NCBI GenBank assembly: GCA_965246885.1
Contig: OZ251992.1
Location: 640,001 to 704,000, forward strand
Reading direction: 5' to 3'
From: Abditibacterium sp.
GTDB lineage: Bacteria > Armatimonadota > Abditibacteriia > Abditibacteriales > Abditibacteriaceae
Length of the DNA: 64,000 nucleotides
The notes beneath the pieces were generated by a model that was not told the origin of the DNA, searched no databases, and saw only the letters and a list, made by a program, of their open reading frames with translations. The position numbers were made by a program, and so were the translations under genes. Below, piece by piece: positions 30,125 to 41,200 of this stretch (the first letter of the stretch is position 1; each line of letters starts with the position of its first letter).

Positions 30125-31528
30125 TCAAGGGGCGCTTGAATGGGCGCTGGCTTGGCCAGCGAAGTAGTTGAAGCGGCTCGATGCGTCGGTCGCCGAAATC
30201 TCGTGTTCCCCGGTTTTGTCGAAGACGATGTTTTTGCCGCGTTTGAGGACAAAGCGTTGGCTTCCGGGCGCAAAGGGCATCTCAACGTCTTGGACGCCCG
30301 CCGCTAAAGCGAAGGTTTTTTGCTGGTCGCCGCTTGAAATGGTCAGTTGCGCCGGAGCTTTGAGGAACAGCGAAACGAACACGCTCTCGTGCAGGGCATC
30401 CGCGTTGGCGGGGCGGCCCAGCGTTGCGTCGCCCGAAGGCTGAACCAGCGCTTGCAACGCTTTGGGATGCAGGCGGTAGAAGTAGAACAGCTTGTCTTTG
30501 GTGATGGCCGGACGCTTGCCGGTTTTGAACCAGTCGATGTAGTAGCGGCTCGCGTCCAAATAGGCCGTATGGGACAGCATTTTTTGGCCCCAATGTCCGC
30601 CCCACAATTTTGTTTCGGCGGGCGCGCCAAAGGGCGCAAGGTAGCTGGACTCTGCCCAATCGTTCCAAGTGACGAACTCGACCCACGTGGCGTTGTTGTC
30701 GATGGCGCTTTTCCACTCCTGCTCCAGCGCACTCATGCCCATCGTTTCAAAAAGGCGGTAGTTACTCCCGCCCGCCCGATAATAGGGAGTCAGGGGCGCC
30801 ATGTAAATCTTGCCCGCGCCAACCCATTTCTGGGCTAAGAGCGAACTGGAAGCGGCGATTTGATCTCCTCCCCCTGCTGCGCCAAAGTAGAAGTAGCCGT
30901 CGAGGGTGGGGTAATTGTTGAAGACTTCGTCGACTTGGCTTTGTCCGGGAAGTTCTGTGATGTCGGGTCGCGGATAGTAGTACGGCACGAACACGATTTT
31001 GCGATTCGCTCCGGTGCCAAAGGTTTGGTCGATGAAGTTCGTCAGATCGCTGCCCTCGCCAGCAAAGGTGGACAGCACGGGTTTGCCATTCACACGGAGC
31101 TGGTTGGGATGATCGCGAAAGGTATCCACCATGTCGCGCGTTTCGTCCGACGTCAAACCGCAGCAATAGTCAGCGGAAATGAAGAGCTTGAAGCCAGTGT
31201 TCAACTGGCGGGCCGCCTCATACATTTGAAGCGAGCGCTGTTTGTAGAATGGCTCGTTGTGCGTCCATCCGCCCGCGTTCAAAGCGAAGCCGTCAATGCC
31301 TCGGATTTGGGCTTCCCGGATTTCGTTCTTGTAGTCGGCGACCGTTGCGCCACTATCGGCGGTGGGACAGCACACCATGTAGTGCGCGAACACCATCTTG
31401 GGAACAGGTCGGGAGGAGGGTGCTGGAGCACAGAAAACGGCGGAAGCGGTGAAGGCGCCCCCCACAACCAAGCTCAGAACTGCGGCGAAGAGAATTTTAG
31501 GCAAGTGAAAGATACGGGTGTTACTCAT
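30125..31528 (-). CDS. Glycoside hydrolase family 71 (alpha-1,3-glucanase-like), exported
   Basis: VFAHYMV, IDGFALN, PVLSTFAG, TWNDWAESSY, KLFYFYRLHP. Confidence 0.82.
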   Translation of the reverse strand: MSNTRIFHLPKILFAAVLSLVVGGAFTASAVFCAPAPSSRPVPKMVFAHYMVCCPTADSGATVADYKNEIREAQIRGIDGFALNAGGWTHNEPFYKQRSLQMYEAARQLNTGFKLFISADYCCGLTSDETRDMVDTFRDHPNQLRVNGKPVLSTFAGEGSDLTNFIDQTFGTGANRKIVFVPYYYPRPDITELPGQSQVDEVFNNYPTLDGYFYFGAAGGGDQIAASSSLLAQKWVGAGKIYMAPLTPYYRAGGSNYRLFETMGMSALEQEWKSAIDNNATWVEFVTWNDWAESSYLAPFGAPAETKLWGGHWGQKMLSHTAYLDASRYYIDWFKTGKRPAITKDKLFYFYRLHPKALQALVQPSGDATLGRPANADALHESVFVSLFLKAPAQLTISSGDQQKTFALAAGVQDVEMPFAPGSQRFVLKRGKNIVFDKTGEHEISATDASSRFNYFAGQASAHSSAP

Positions 31529-31568
31529 AGTGGCGGGTTGTGGTGGTTACATTGAAGCTGGTGCGCGG

Positions 31569-32624
31569 TCAGCTGGTGCGCGGGAAGCCTTGGGAAAAAG
31601 CTCTGGTGGAATGACCGACTTGGAGTTCGGTCGGTATGATGCAAAGACTCTCTTCGTCGGCAGGGGATGTTTGGCACACGAACTCGATGGCGGCGCGCCC
31701 CATCTCGAAGCGGTTGAAGCGCGCCGAGCAAAGCGACAGGCCGGGCGCGAAAAGTTCGCTTCCCCCATCGAATCCGGTCACGCTCAGGTCGTCGGGAACG
31801 CGCAGGCCGTGTTCCCCGGCACGGCGGATAACGCCCAGTGCCGATTGATCGTTGAAGCATACGACCGCCGAGCAATCGGCGCCGCGTGCCCGCAGTTCGT
31901 CCCAACCCCGCGCGCCCGCGCGCGCCGAAGGAGCGCCGATGTCCGTCACCATGAGCTTGGGGTCGAGCGGCACACCCGCTTCCCGCATGGCCCCCTCGTA
32001 GCCCGCGATGCGCTCGCTGTAGCTCATTTCGGGAACCCCCGAAGCGCGCGAGTCGCCGATATAAGCGATGCGGCGATGCCCTAAAGAGATGAGGTGGCGC
32101 GTCGTGGCGGCGATGCCCCCCCGATCATCCGGCAAAACCGCGTTCTCGTTCGGCCCGGCGTCCCCCACCCGAATTATCGGGATGGACAAAGGCTGCAAAC
32201 GCAATAACTCGTTCCCATCGATTCGATAAAGACAAATGGCGCCATCGACGCCTTCCTGCGTTAAAAGGCGCGGCAGCGTTTGGGGCGGCGATAGACAAAT
32301 CGAAAGCTCCGTGTTCATCAGGAGGGCGCCTGCTTTGAGGCCCGCCAACAGTTCACGGAAAAACGGCACGTCTTCCAGCGCCACGCCCTCAAAATAGTCG
32401 CCCATCAGAATGGCCACTGTGCCCAACTGGGCGCGTTTGCCATACCGCTTGGCGATCATCGAGCGAGCCGCACCGTTGGAGAAAGCATCGTAGCCCATCG
32501 ATTGCGCCATCTCCATGATGCGCAGCCGGGTATCATCGGCCACACGCAGATCGCCACGCAATGCGTGAGCCACCAGCGAACGGTCAATGCCAAGGGCTAA
32601 AGCGATGTCTTTCTGTCTCACCAT
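31569..32624 (-). CDS. LacI family transcriptional regulator
   Basis: N-terminal HTH QKDIALALG...VAHAL; HLISLGHRRIA; VPDDLSVTGFD. Confidence 0.9.
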   Translation of the reverse strand: MVRQKDIALALGIDRSLVAHALRGDLRVADDTRLRIMEMAQSMGYDAFSNGAARSMIAKRYGKRAQLGTVAILMGDYFEGVALEDVPFFRELLAGLKAGALLMNTELSICLSPPQTLPRLLTQEGVDGAICLYRIDGNELLRLQPLSIPIIRVGDAGPNENAVLPDDRGGIAATTRHLISLGHRRIAYIGDSRASGVPEMSYSERIAGYEGAMREAGVPLDPKLMVTDIGAPSARAGARGWDELRARGADCSAVVCFNDQSALGVIRRAGEHGLRVPDDLSVTGFDGGSELFAPGLSLCSARFNRFEMGRAAIEFVCQTSPADEESLCIIPTELQVGHSTRAFSQGFPRTS

Positions 32625-32642
32625 AGAAGTTTCGAGCGGCTT

Positions 32643-32656
32643 TTCACTCGAGTGAA
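32643..32656. promoter_or_regulatory. Putative LacI-type operator
   Basis: Perfect palindrome TTCACTCGAGTGAA with central CG, 18 nt upstream of the LacI-family start. Confidence 0.5.
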
Positions 32657-32895
32657 GTTAATATACCCATTTTCTCCCCTTTTTAAACAGGTTGGAGGAA
32701 GTTTTTTAGAAACGAATCGAACGGGCGCCGTTTTCGTTAGCGGGTATGGTCTTTCTCTCTGGGGGCAGCGCGACCTTGTGTTTCGAGCGGTAGCCCCGGC
32801 GCGGACAAACCCAGTGTGCCGTCCGTGCTTTTCTAAGCGCGCTCCCTCTCATAGCACCGTCCGCGCCGCCAGAACCTCCCCGCGCACAATGGCGG

Positions 32896-33067
32896 ACGTC
32901 CCCCACGCGACGGCGGGAGGAAATCACGGCGCGCGGGGAGGTATTATTCCCGTGCGGGGAGGAATTTACGGCGTGCGGGGAGGTAATCATGGGACGCGGG
33001 GAGGTATTCTTCCCATGATTTCCTCCCCACACGGGATTATTTCCTCCCCGCGTCGCGTGGGGGACGT
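32896..33067. repeat. MITE-like element, copy 2
   Basis: 17-bp perfect terminal inverted repeat ACGTCCCCCACGCGACG; 32899-33067 identical to 28013-28181. Confidence 0.9.
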
Positions 33068-33114
33068 TTCTTTTTTGGCCGCCGCGCGCGCTTGGCTTTA
33101 AACTGCCCTCCGTC

Positions 33115-33522
33115 GTGCCATCGCCGTCCTCTCCGCTTGCGCGGCACGCCCCCGTCTGGCCCGCCGCGTCGTACCTGATGGGCGCGGCGCTGGCGGCATC
33201 TCGCCTGCTGCCGCTCCCACAAGGCGGGCTGATTGCCCGTATTCCGCCGGTGTGCCCGTTCTTCATCCTCACGGGCCTTCCGTGTCCCGGCTGTGGGCTG
33301 ACGCGCTCGTGGGTGTGTCTGGCGCACGGACACGGGGTGGAAGCGCTGCGTTACCATCCGCTTGGGCCGCTTTTGTTTGGGGCGGCAGGGTTGTATGTGG
33401 TGGGAACCCTCCTCGGTTGGAAGATGGCGCTTCCCAAGTGGGCGGTGCCGACGCTCGGCGCACTACTCCTTGCGTGTTGGGCGCTGCGTTTGAGCGGCGT
33501 GTGGCCCCTCCCGATGGGCTGA
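33115..33522 (+). CDS. DUF2752-type membrane protein
   Basis: CPFFILTGLPCPGCGLTRS...YHPLG. Confidence 0.85.
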   Translation: MPSPSSPLARHAPVWPAASYLMGAALAASRLLPLPQGGLIARIPPVCPFFILTGLPCPGCGLTRSWVCLAHGHGVEALRYHPLGPLLFGAAGLYVVGTLLGWKMALPKWAVPTLGALLLACWALRLSGVWPLPMG

Positions 33523-33542
33523 GCGACACCCCTTCTGCTGTC

Positions 33543-34073
33543 ATGTCCAATTTTTCCTTCTTCTGGAGCCAACTCGAAAACCGCGCGCCCGAACTTACGC
33601 CCGCAAAGGCCGCCAGCCCCGATCTGTCGCGCCAAATTTCAAGCGCCGATTTGTTCGGCGGGAAGTCCGGCGCGATGGTGGATTGCTGCCGCGCCGGACT
33701 TTTGCTGCTCAACGACGACTTGGAAGCGGCGCACCCGCTCATTCAAGATTTGCCCGACCAAACCGCCGCTTTTTGGCACGCCATCTTGCACCGGCGCGAG
33801 GGCGATTACGCCAACGCCCGCTACTGGTGGCACCAAACCGGTGAACATCCCGCCTTTGAGCCGATCTACGACCTCGTGTTGCACCGCGTTCCTGACTTCC
33901 GGTTGCTCGATGAGTTGCGGGCCACAGGCGTTTGGCTGCCGTTAGAGTTCAACGCCGCGTGCGAGAAGTTCGCCCATGACGGGCGCTTTGAGTCCGAACT
34001 GCGCGCCACGCAACGTTTGGAAATGCGCGGCCTCTTGGAATGGTGCGCCGCGAGGGTTCGTGCGGGAGCGTGA
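33543..34073 (+). CDS. Conserved hypothetical protein
   Basis: LEAAHPLIQD...WHAILHRREGDYANARYW motif. Confidence 0.7.
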   Translation: MSNFSFFWSQLENRAPELTPAKAASPDLSRQISSADLFGGKSGAMVDCCRAGLLLLNDDLEAAHPLIQDLPDQTAAFWHAILHRREGDYANARYWWHQTGEHPAFEPIYDLVLHRVPDFRLLDELRATGVWLPLEFNAACEKFAHDGRFESELRATQRLEMRGLLEWCAARVRAGA

Positions 34074-34110
34074 GAAGGTGCGCCGCGTCCTGACCACACA
34101 CTAAAGCCTT

Positions 34111-35043
34111 ATGGATACCCAAAAGATAGACGTTGAGTTTCTCAAGACGATGCCGCTTCCGGCGTGGGGAGACGAGGCGAGCAAGGCCGAGCGCGGCAAG
34201 TTGCTGCTCGTGTGCGGCTCGAAACGTTTGCCGGGCACGGCGCTCTTAGTGGCGCGCGCGGCGCTACGGGCCGGATGCGGAACGGTGCGCGTGGCGATGC
34301 CGGAATCGCTCGCCCTTGCGGTGGGGGTGGCGCTCCCGGAACTGCTGGTGGTGGGGTTGCCCGAAACCAAAACCGGCACGCTCGCCAAGGACGCTGTCGA
34401 GGGCGTGGCGAACGAGTGCCGCGCGTGCGATGCGCTTGTCGTGGGGCCGGGAACGGGCGGGGGAACCGAAACCGATGGGGCACTACGCGAGATAGTCGAA
34501 GCCGCGCCGCTTCCGTGCGTGGTGGATGCCGAGGCGCTATCGGCTTTGGGCGAGGATTTCTCCTTTGCGGGCATTAAAGCGGCGCGCGTGTTGACGCCGC
34601 ACCCGAAGGAGTTCGAGACGCTCGCCAACATCTCGCTGGACGGCGCCGACGACGACAAACGGGCGAAAATCGCCGCCGATTATGCGCGCGCCCACAAAGT
34701 TACGCTGGTTCTCAAGGGGCGCGTGACGCTTATCGCTGCGCCGGACGGCGCAGTCTACTGCAACGAGGCGGGCAGTCGGGCACTGGGCACGGCGGGTTCG
34801 GGAGACGTGCTCGCGGGCATCATCGGAGCGTTGCTCGCGCAGGGTTTGGAAGCGACGCGCGCCGCGATTTGGGGGGTTCACTTGCACGCTTTGGCGGGCG
34901 AAGCGGTCGCCAAGGATTTGGGCGACGACGGCGTGCTGGCCAGCGACTTCGTGTCGCAGTTGCCCTTGGTGCAGAGGTTTCTGCGCCGCTCAACCGAAGC
35001 CCCGACCGGGGGCGCGAAGAAGGGCTTCGGCTTGCGTGGGTGA
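34111..35043 (+). CDS. nnrD: ADP-dependent NAD(P)H-hydrate dehydratase (YjeF C-terminal)
   Basis: VVDAEAL, VLTPHPKEF, VLKG, LGTAGSGDVLAG. Confidence 0.9.
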   Translation: MDTQKIDVEFLKTMPLPAWGDEASKAERGKLLLVCGSKRLPGTALLVARAALRAGCGTVRVAMPESLALAVGVALPELLVVGLPETKTGTLAKDAVEGVANECRACDALVVGPGTGGGTETDGALREIVEAAPLPCVVDAEALSALGEDFSFAGIKAARVLTPHPKEFETLANISLDGADDDKRAKIAADYARAHKVTLVLKGRVTLIAAPDGAVYCNEAGSRALGTAGSGDVLAGIIGALLAQGLEATRAAIWGVHLHALAGEAVAKDLGDDGVLASDFVSQLPLVQRFLRRSTEAPTGGAKKGFGLRG

Positions 35044-35060
35044 GTGTTGCTCACCACGAA

Positions 35061-38000
35061 TTAGTTCACCTTCACTACAAAGGTCACGGTGCCGCGCGCG
35101 CCTGCGCCGAGCGTGCCTGCGAACGTCCACGAAACGGCGCCGGTTCCCCCGATGGAGGGCGCGGCGACGGTGCATCCGGTCAGGGACGCGGGAAGCGGCG
35201 TAACGTAGCTGGCCGATTGGAACGTGGTGAAGGCGGGGGTGACGTCGTTGACGACGAGTTGCGAGACGGGCGCGTTGCCGGTGTTGGCGTAGACGATGGT
35301 GTAGGTGAGCAGGTCGCCCGATTTGGCGGTGGTCTTGTCCACCGACTTGACGAGGCTCACGCCGCTTTGCGGGCCGACAGTTGTTAAGTCGGTGCGGGTC
35401 AGGGATTGGGCCGGGAGTTGCGCGTTGGTGCCGCCCTTGGCCGGGGTGAAGCTGGCGGACAGGGTGATGTTGTCCGTCGAGCCATCGGGGGCGTTTTGGG
35501 GGACATAATTGACGACGATGAGGCTGACTTTGGCGCCCGCGACGGTGTTGACGGGAGTGGTCGGGAAGATTTCGCCTTCGCCCGCGTCAATGATGCCGTT
35601 GCCATTGGTATCGAGGTAGAGCGCGACCGACCAACCGGGCGCGGGTGTGCCCACTTGAGCGACCGAGAAGAAGGCGGTGCCGGTTGTGTTGGCGGTGAAG
35701 AGGTGCGGGTAGGTCACGCTGCCGCCGCGTATACCAACCTTGGCGCCGTCGGTGTCGAGGGTGGCAGCGCGGATGTCGCCGAAGTTGGCGCCCGTGAGCG
35801 TGGCGGGCGTGCCAGTGAAGGGGAACGCGAGCGTATCGGTGGCGATGGTGTAGGTGCCGCCGGTATTGCCCGCGTCCGCGCCACTGGAAAGGTAGGCGGT
35901 GGCGTTGGTTTCGACCACGCTGAGCGTGTGGCCTTTGCTGGACTGAGGCAAAGCGAAGGAGTAGGTGCCGTCGCCCGCCGAAACGGTAGTGGCCAAGGTG
36001 GTGGCGCCGTCTTTAAGCGTCAGGGTGACGCCGCCGATGGGCGGCTCGGTTCCGTTGCGGATGCCGTCGTTGGCGACTCCGCCACTGCCCGCCCCGTTGT
36101 CTTCAAACACCACGCCCGACAAGGTACCCGCGATGGACACGTCGTCGGCGGTGTTGGCGGGTAGGGTGCCATTGTAGTTGGAGCCGGGAACGAGGGCGCC
36201 GGATGTATAAGTGCCGCCGGGCGACACGACGGTGGTATTGGTGGTGCGTTGCGGGTCGGAAAAGAACGCCTGCGCCGAGTTATTGTAGAGGCCAACGGGC
36301 GCGGAGTTGATCTTCACCGTGAAGGACAGCTTGAGACTGGCACCGGGGCCGATGTCGTACGAGGTGGTCGGGTCAGCGCCGGGCGACCCCCACACGGGAG
36401 TGGTGGTGCTGGAACTGGACGCAAGGGTGGCGGGGCCGGAGGAGTCAATGACGAAGGTAGCCGTTGCGGTGGTGCCGATGTCGGCGGAGAAGGGGGTGGG
36501 CAGGGCGTCGCTGACAAACACGCCTGCCGCGCCGCCCGCGCCGGTGTTGGAAACGGTGATGGTGTAGGAGGCGGTGGTGCCACCCGGCGCGATGGTGGGG
36601 GTGGAGGTGGTTTTGGTGACGACGAGGTTGGTGCCGCACGAATCGGAGTAATCGAAGAGGTTGTTGCCGTCGCTGGCGGACAGGGTTTTGGAAAGGCCCG
36701 CGCTGCCGGGCGTCGTGCCGTGATTGGCTCCGGCGCCATCGGCAGTTTTGCCTGCTGGCCCGCCCGCAGTGTTGGTGGTGACCGAAACGTTGTTGCTGTA
36801 CAGCACCGTGCCGCCGCCTCCGCCGCCGCCCGGCCCGTGCCAAGTGGTGCCGCCGCCGCCGCCCGAACTTGGATCAGCGGGGTCGTTGGCGGTGTTGCCG
36901 CCCGATCCGCCCGAAGCGTTAACGGAAATGGAAGCGCTGGAGGGGTTCTTTGAAATCAAAATGACGGTGCCACCCGCGCCGCCTCCGCCCGCGCCGTCGG
37001 GGTTCGGGCCTTGAGCGCCCCGGTCGCCCGCATCGCCGCGCGCATCGAAAGCAGTCGTGCCCACGAACTTTCCGGCGCGAATGAGGATGACGCCGCCGCC
37101 CACGCCGCCGCGCACGCCGGTCAGGGCGTCGTTGGCATCGCCGCCGCCGCCGCCGCCGCCCATGAACATGCGGTCAACGAAGGGGGCAGCCCCATTGACA
37201 AGCGCCGCCCCGCCACTGCCGCACGCGCGCGCTACTTGGCGGGTGCCGCCGCCGGAATTGGCGACCGTATCGTAAACCGTTCCGGTTTGTTTAGCTTGGC
37301 CCTCCCAAGGGTAGCCGCCGCGTCCGCCCGCGCCAGAGTTGGCGCCGCCGCCCCCGCCTGCGTTGTGCGCGTTGCCGCCGCCGCCCGCATTGGCCGGGGC
37401 GCCGCGCCCGCCGTCGCCGCCGGGATAGCCTTCGACGCCGTTGTCAACGGCGGTGCCCTCGTCCCACACATAGCGCGGTCGGCCCGCGATGCCTTCGCCC
37501 TTGCCCGCGCCGTTGCGGGGGGTTGTCGAGACGGTGTAGACCTCGTTGGAGTTGGAGTTCACCGCTTGGTTGACGGGCGCGAAGCCGCCGCGAAAGCCGG
37601 TCTGATAAACGCTCGCGGCGGTGGGCGTCGAAAAGGTCAAGGTGCCCGCGACGTCCACCACAAGGATGCCGCCCGTCGTGCCGTTGAACTTGATGGGCGT
37701 GAGCGGGCTGGTGAGGGTCATCGAAGAGTATTGTGGCACGCGCACGACTTGGAAGGTGCGGCGCGGCGAGCCGGACAAGTCGAAGACGTACGAGAAGCGC
37801 ACGCCGCCGCCCGGCCCGTCGCCCGCCACGCCCACAAAACCAGTGGGGGAGATGGGCGAAGTAACGCGCACGAACTCGTAGTAACCGGCGGAGTTGAGGC
37901 TGGTGTAGCCCGACGGGTAAGTTTGCGCGGTGCCCGACCCGTAGTTGTCGGTGTTGCTGGAGTCAATCGAGGCGCCCTGCATTTGCCACAAGAGGAGCAA

Positions 38001-38285
38001 GTCGCCGGGTTGGACGAGGTTGGGCGCGCCGGTGCGGGAACTGATGTTGAGGACGAGCGAGTGATCGCCCACGCTGGCCGACTGCGCCGACGCGATGTAG
38101 GTGTTTACCACGCCCCCGGCTGGGCCAACGCCATCCTTGCCGGGGGTGCCGCACACGGCGTGCGCCGCCCGCCCGCCCAGTAGGGTGCTGGCGAAGAAGC
38201 AAAAGAAAAAGAAGAAACGCTTCACGAGAGTGGAGAGGTCGGCTTTGCGTCCGACGAAATGGCCGTAGGAGAAAGAGAGAATCAT
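35061..38285 (-). CDS. Secreted Gly-rich DUF11/SdrD-B-like surface protein
   Basis: Signal peptide, Gly-rich repeats, LVVTKT..YTITVSNTG and LVKSVDK..GDLLTYTIVYANTG DUF11 motifs, GVVFEDN..DG motif. Confidence 0.8.
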   Translation of the reverse strand: MILSFSYGHFVGRKADLSTLVKRFFFFFCFFASTLLGGRAAHAVCGTPGKDGVGPAGGVVNTYIASAQSASVGDHSLVLNISSRTGAPNLVQPGDLLLLWQMQGASIDSSNTDNYGSGTAQTYPSGYTSLNSAGYYEFVRVTSPISPTGFVGVAGDGPGGGVRFSYVFDLSGSPRRTFQVVRVPQYSSMTLTSPLTPIKFNGTTGGILVVDVAGTLTFSTPTAASVYQTGFRGGFAPVNQAVNSNSNEVYTVSTTPRNGAGKGEGIAGRPRYVWDEGTAVDNGVEGYPGGDGGRGAPANAGGGGNAHNAGGGGGANSGAGGRGGYPWEGQAKQTGTVYDTVANSGGGTRQVARACGSGGAALVNGAAPFVDRMFMGGGGGGGDANDALTGVRGGVGGGVILIRAGKFVGTTAFDARGDAGDRGAQGPNPDGAGGGGAGGTVILISKNPSSASISVNASGGSGGNTANDPADPSSGGGGGTTWHGPGGGGGGGTVLYSNNVSVTTNTAGGPAGKTADGAGANHGTTPGSAGLSKTLSASDGNNLFDYSDSCGTNLVVTKTTSTPTIAPGGTTASYTITVSNTGAGGAAGVFVSDALPTPFSADIGTTATATFVIDSSGPATLASSSSTTTPVWGSPGADPTTSYDIGPGASLKLSFTVKINSAPVGLYNNSAQAFFSDPQRTTNTTVVSPGGTYTSGALVPGSNYNGTLPANTADDVSIAGTLSGVVFEDNGAGSGGVANDGIRNGTEPPIGGVTLTLKDGATTLATTVSAGDGTYSFALPQSSKGHTLSVVETNATAYLSSGADAGNTGGTYTIATDTLAFPFTGTPATLTGANFGDIRAATLDTDGAKVGIRGGSVTYPHLFTANTTGTAFFSVAQVGTPAPGWSVALYLDTNGNGIIDAGEGEIFPTTPVNTVAGAKVSLIVVNYVPQNAPDGSTDNITLSASFTPAKGGTNAQLPAQSLTRTDLTTVGPQSGVSLVKSVDKTTAKSGDLLTYTIVYANTGNAPVSQLVVNDVTPAFTTFQSASYVTPLPASLTGCTVAAPSIGGTGAVSWTFAGTLGAGARGTVTFVVKVN

Positions 38286-41200
38286 TTAGTTGCCCAACCT
38301 CGGTGCGGAATACGTCCCGGCGGTTCCGGTTAAGCCGTCGAGGGCGGCGGTGGTGCCGCCGTCAAAGGTGACGCCGCCACCGTAGCCGCCGTTCTCGACG
38401 GGCACGAACGGTTTGGCGCGCGAGACTTCGGGCGCTTTGTTGAAGGCGCCGATGCCGTTAAACAAGTCCTCGTCGAACTTCCACCGGAAGCGTAAGTAAA
38501 AGCCTCTGGCGAGGGTTTGATCGAGCAAGTCGCGCTCGGTGAGGTTCTCGAAGTTGTAGCCAAGAGAAAGCAGTAAGTCGCTGGTAAGGGCGTAGGAGCC
38601 TTCGAGACCAAAGGCGGTTTGTCGCCCACCGGGGCTGCTCCACAGGCTCGACGCGAGAAGCGAGGCCGAGGTGCGGCGTCCGAAGTCGCGCGTCAGGCGG
38701 CCCGAAATGAGGTAGGCGCTCGTGCCCGTGTTGAACGCGTCGCGGTCGGTGGCACGCTTGGCGGCGAGGTGCAACTGCGCGAGAAGCGAGCGCGAAGTGC
38801 CGTAGTTGACGTCGCCCGACAGGATATGCACGATGCGCCGCAAGCGGGCCGCGAGCGCGTCGGGGTCGTCGCCGCCGCGATACTCGTATTTGGCGAGGGC
38901 GTTCCATCGGTCGTTACGCGAAGGCCGGTAGGCGGCGCCGAACTGGAAGCGCGTCTGCTGGCGGTTCGAGCTACCCAACAGCACACTGCCCGCGCCGGAG
39001 CCGGTCTGCGAGTAGGCGCCGCGCCCCAAGAAGGTGAGGTCGCGCGAGGGGGCGTAGGCAAAGCCCGCGTTGAGTAGAGTCGAGGTGGAGCCACTCCCAC
39101 TGCGCCGCTCGGCGCGCGCCGTCCACTTCAGGGCGTCCTCGCGCAGGTTCTCCAAGGCGATGGAAACGGCGGTGCCGTCCGTTCCCGTATTGACGGTCTG
39201 TCCAACGCCCACCGCAAGCGCGGCCAAACGCTTGGTGCTTTCGAAGGAGGTGTTGACGCCAATGCCGCCGCCCAAGTTCCACGTGTTGCGCAGGCCAAGG
39301 GCGGCTTCGGCTTGGCGCCCGTCTATGCCGCCGTTGATGCGGTATTCCGAGAACAAGCTGGCGCCGCGCGCGTATTGGGTCTCTATGCCGACGCGGGAGT
39401 TGTAGCGGCGCTCGGTGTCGCCCAGAGCATATAAGGAAAGGGGCGATTGGAAGAACTCGTGGGTCGCGTAGAGCTTGGTGCGGGCCGCGAGTTGGTAGTC
39501 GCCGCCAACGGCAAGCGACTTGGCGCCGCCGTGCAAGGTCTGCTCGGCACGCACAAAGACGCCCGCTTTGGGGGCGCCCGGCACGCGGGCGTTCAAGCGG
39601 GCGAAAACGCTCGTGAAGTTCACATTGTTCGTGCCCACCCCGCCCGCGACGGCGCCCTGATCGCCTTTGCCAGTGCGCACGCCCGCCGCCAAGCGCACGT
39701 CTTGCCCCAGCCCCTGCTCGATAGACAGTTGCGCGCCCGTCGTGCGGGTCTTGGTGGTTAAATCCTTGGTGGCGATGGCCTCGCCTGACAGAGCGGTGTC
39801 CCGCCCGACGCGCAGGCTGGCGCGCACGCCCGCTTCGCCGCGCCCGTTCGACAAGACCGATTCCGCATTGGAAAAGCCGGTCGTGGCTTGGCCGACAAAA
39901 GCGCGCACTTGCAAGTTCTTCCCGTCGTGGCGCAGTTCCGCGCGCGCTGCGCTTCCACTGCGGGGAACGGCGGCGCCCGCGCCGCCGGGGTTCAAGGTGC
40001 CGCCGCTCGTGTGCGCGACTTCGCCGATGATGACGGTGTTTTTGTCCAAGCGCAACGCGGCGTTGGCGCCGTAGAGGTCGCCGCCGTTGTCGGGGTTGTT
40101 GTCGCGCACGAACGAGGCGCCGACTTGCAAGTTGCCGCTGATTTTTCCCTGCAACAAGCCGCCGTAGACGGAGTGTTTGGGGCCGCCCGCGTCCACGTCA
40201 TAGGTAACGCGGATAAAAACGGGGTTGTCGTTTTCGTCGAACGAGGGGACGGGCGCGCGGAACAGGAGGCCAGTCACGAAGCCGTCGAGGGTGTAGTCGG
40301 AGAAACGGGCCTGTTCGCGGATGCTCAGGGTCACGCCGGGGTTGTTGCGGTCGCGGGTGATGATCTCGACGCGCTCGGACTGGGCGCGAATGGCGGGGTC
40401 ATTGAGGGAGTAAGGCCCACTGGTGCCGTTGCCGCGAAACTCGACGACGCGCCGACTGGTGCTTTCGTTGGCGAAGAAGGTTGTGGCCGAAACGGACTTG
40501 TTCTCGACGTGCCCTTGCACGCCGGTAAAAGCGCGCGAGTAGCGCGACAGCGAGTTGGCGTCGCTGGATGCGCCTGAGCGCGCGGCGAAGCTGGAAAAGT
40601 CGCCGTAAAGGGCGAAGGAGTTGTCCTTGTCCACGCGCACGTAAAGCGCACTCGTGCTTTGGGCGTCGAAGCCTTTCAAGCTGGAATCGCCGTAGACGGG
40701 GTAAAACTCGTCCGGCTGAATATCGCGGAACAGGCGCTTTTCTTCGTCGCTTTGGGAGTCGTAGCGCACGGACAACAGATACTTGCCCGCGACCGAACCC
40801 TTGAGGTAGACGGCGCCGCGCGTGCCGATGTTGTGGCTGCCGATGCGGTTGAGCGTGCGCTCGAAAGCGCTCGTAGCGATGCCGCCGCCCTTGTTGCCAA
40901 AGCCGATCTGCGTTTCGAGGATGCCCGCCGCGAGGACAGGGCGCAGGAACGGGGTGAAAGCGATTTCGCCCTCGGACTGAATCAGCCCCGCCGACACGCG
41001 CACGACGGCGCGCGCGGGCACGTCGGGCGGCAGCAGTTGGAAGGTGGCTTGGCCGCCTTCGATGGCGACTTGCACGCCCGGTTCGTTCGGGTTGAGGTCG
41101 GGCACGTTCCAGCGCCCGGCGGTGGTTTCGAGGGTAACAAAAGTGCGGGCGCTCACCTTGTTGCCGTTGGCGTCGAATATCTTCACGCCGACGATAACGG

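Noticed and set aside
32652..33101. 149-aa ORF (and 27893-28146 ORFs) with heptad-like repeats
   Set aside because: These are translations of the 21-nt repeat element with no independent evidence of coding.
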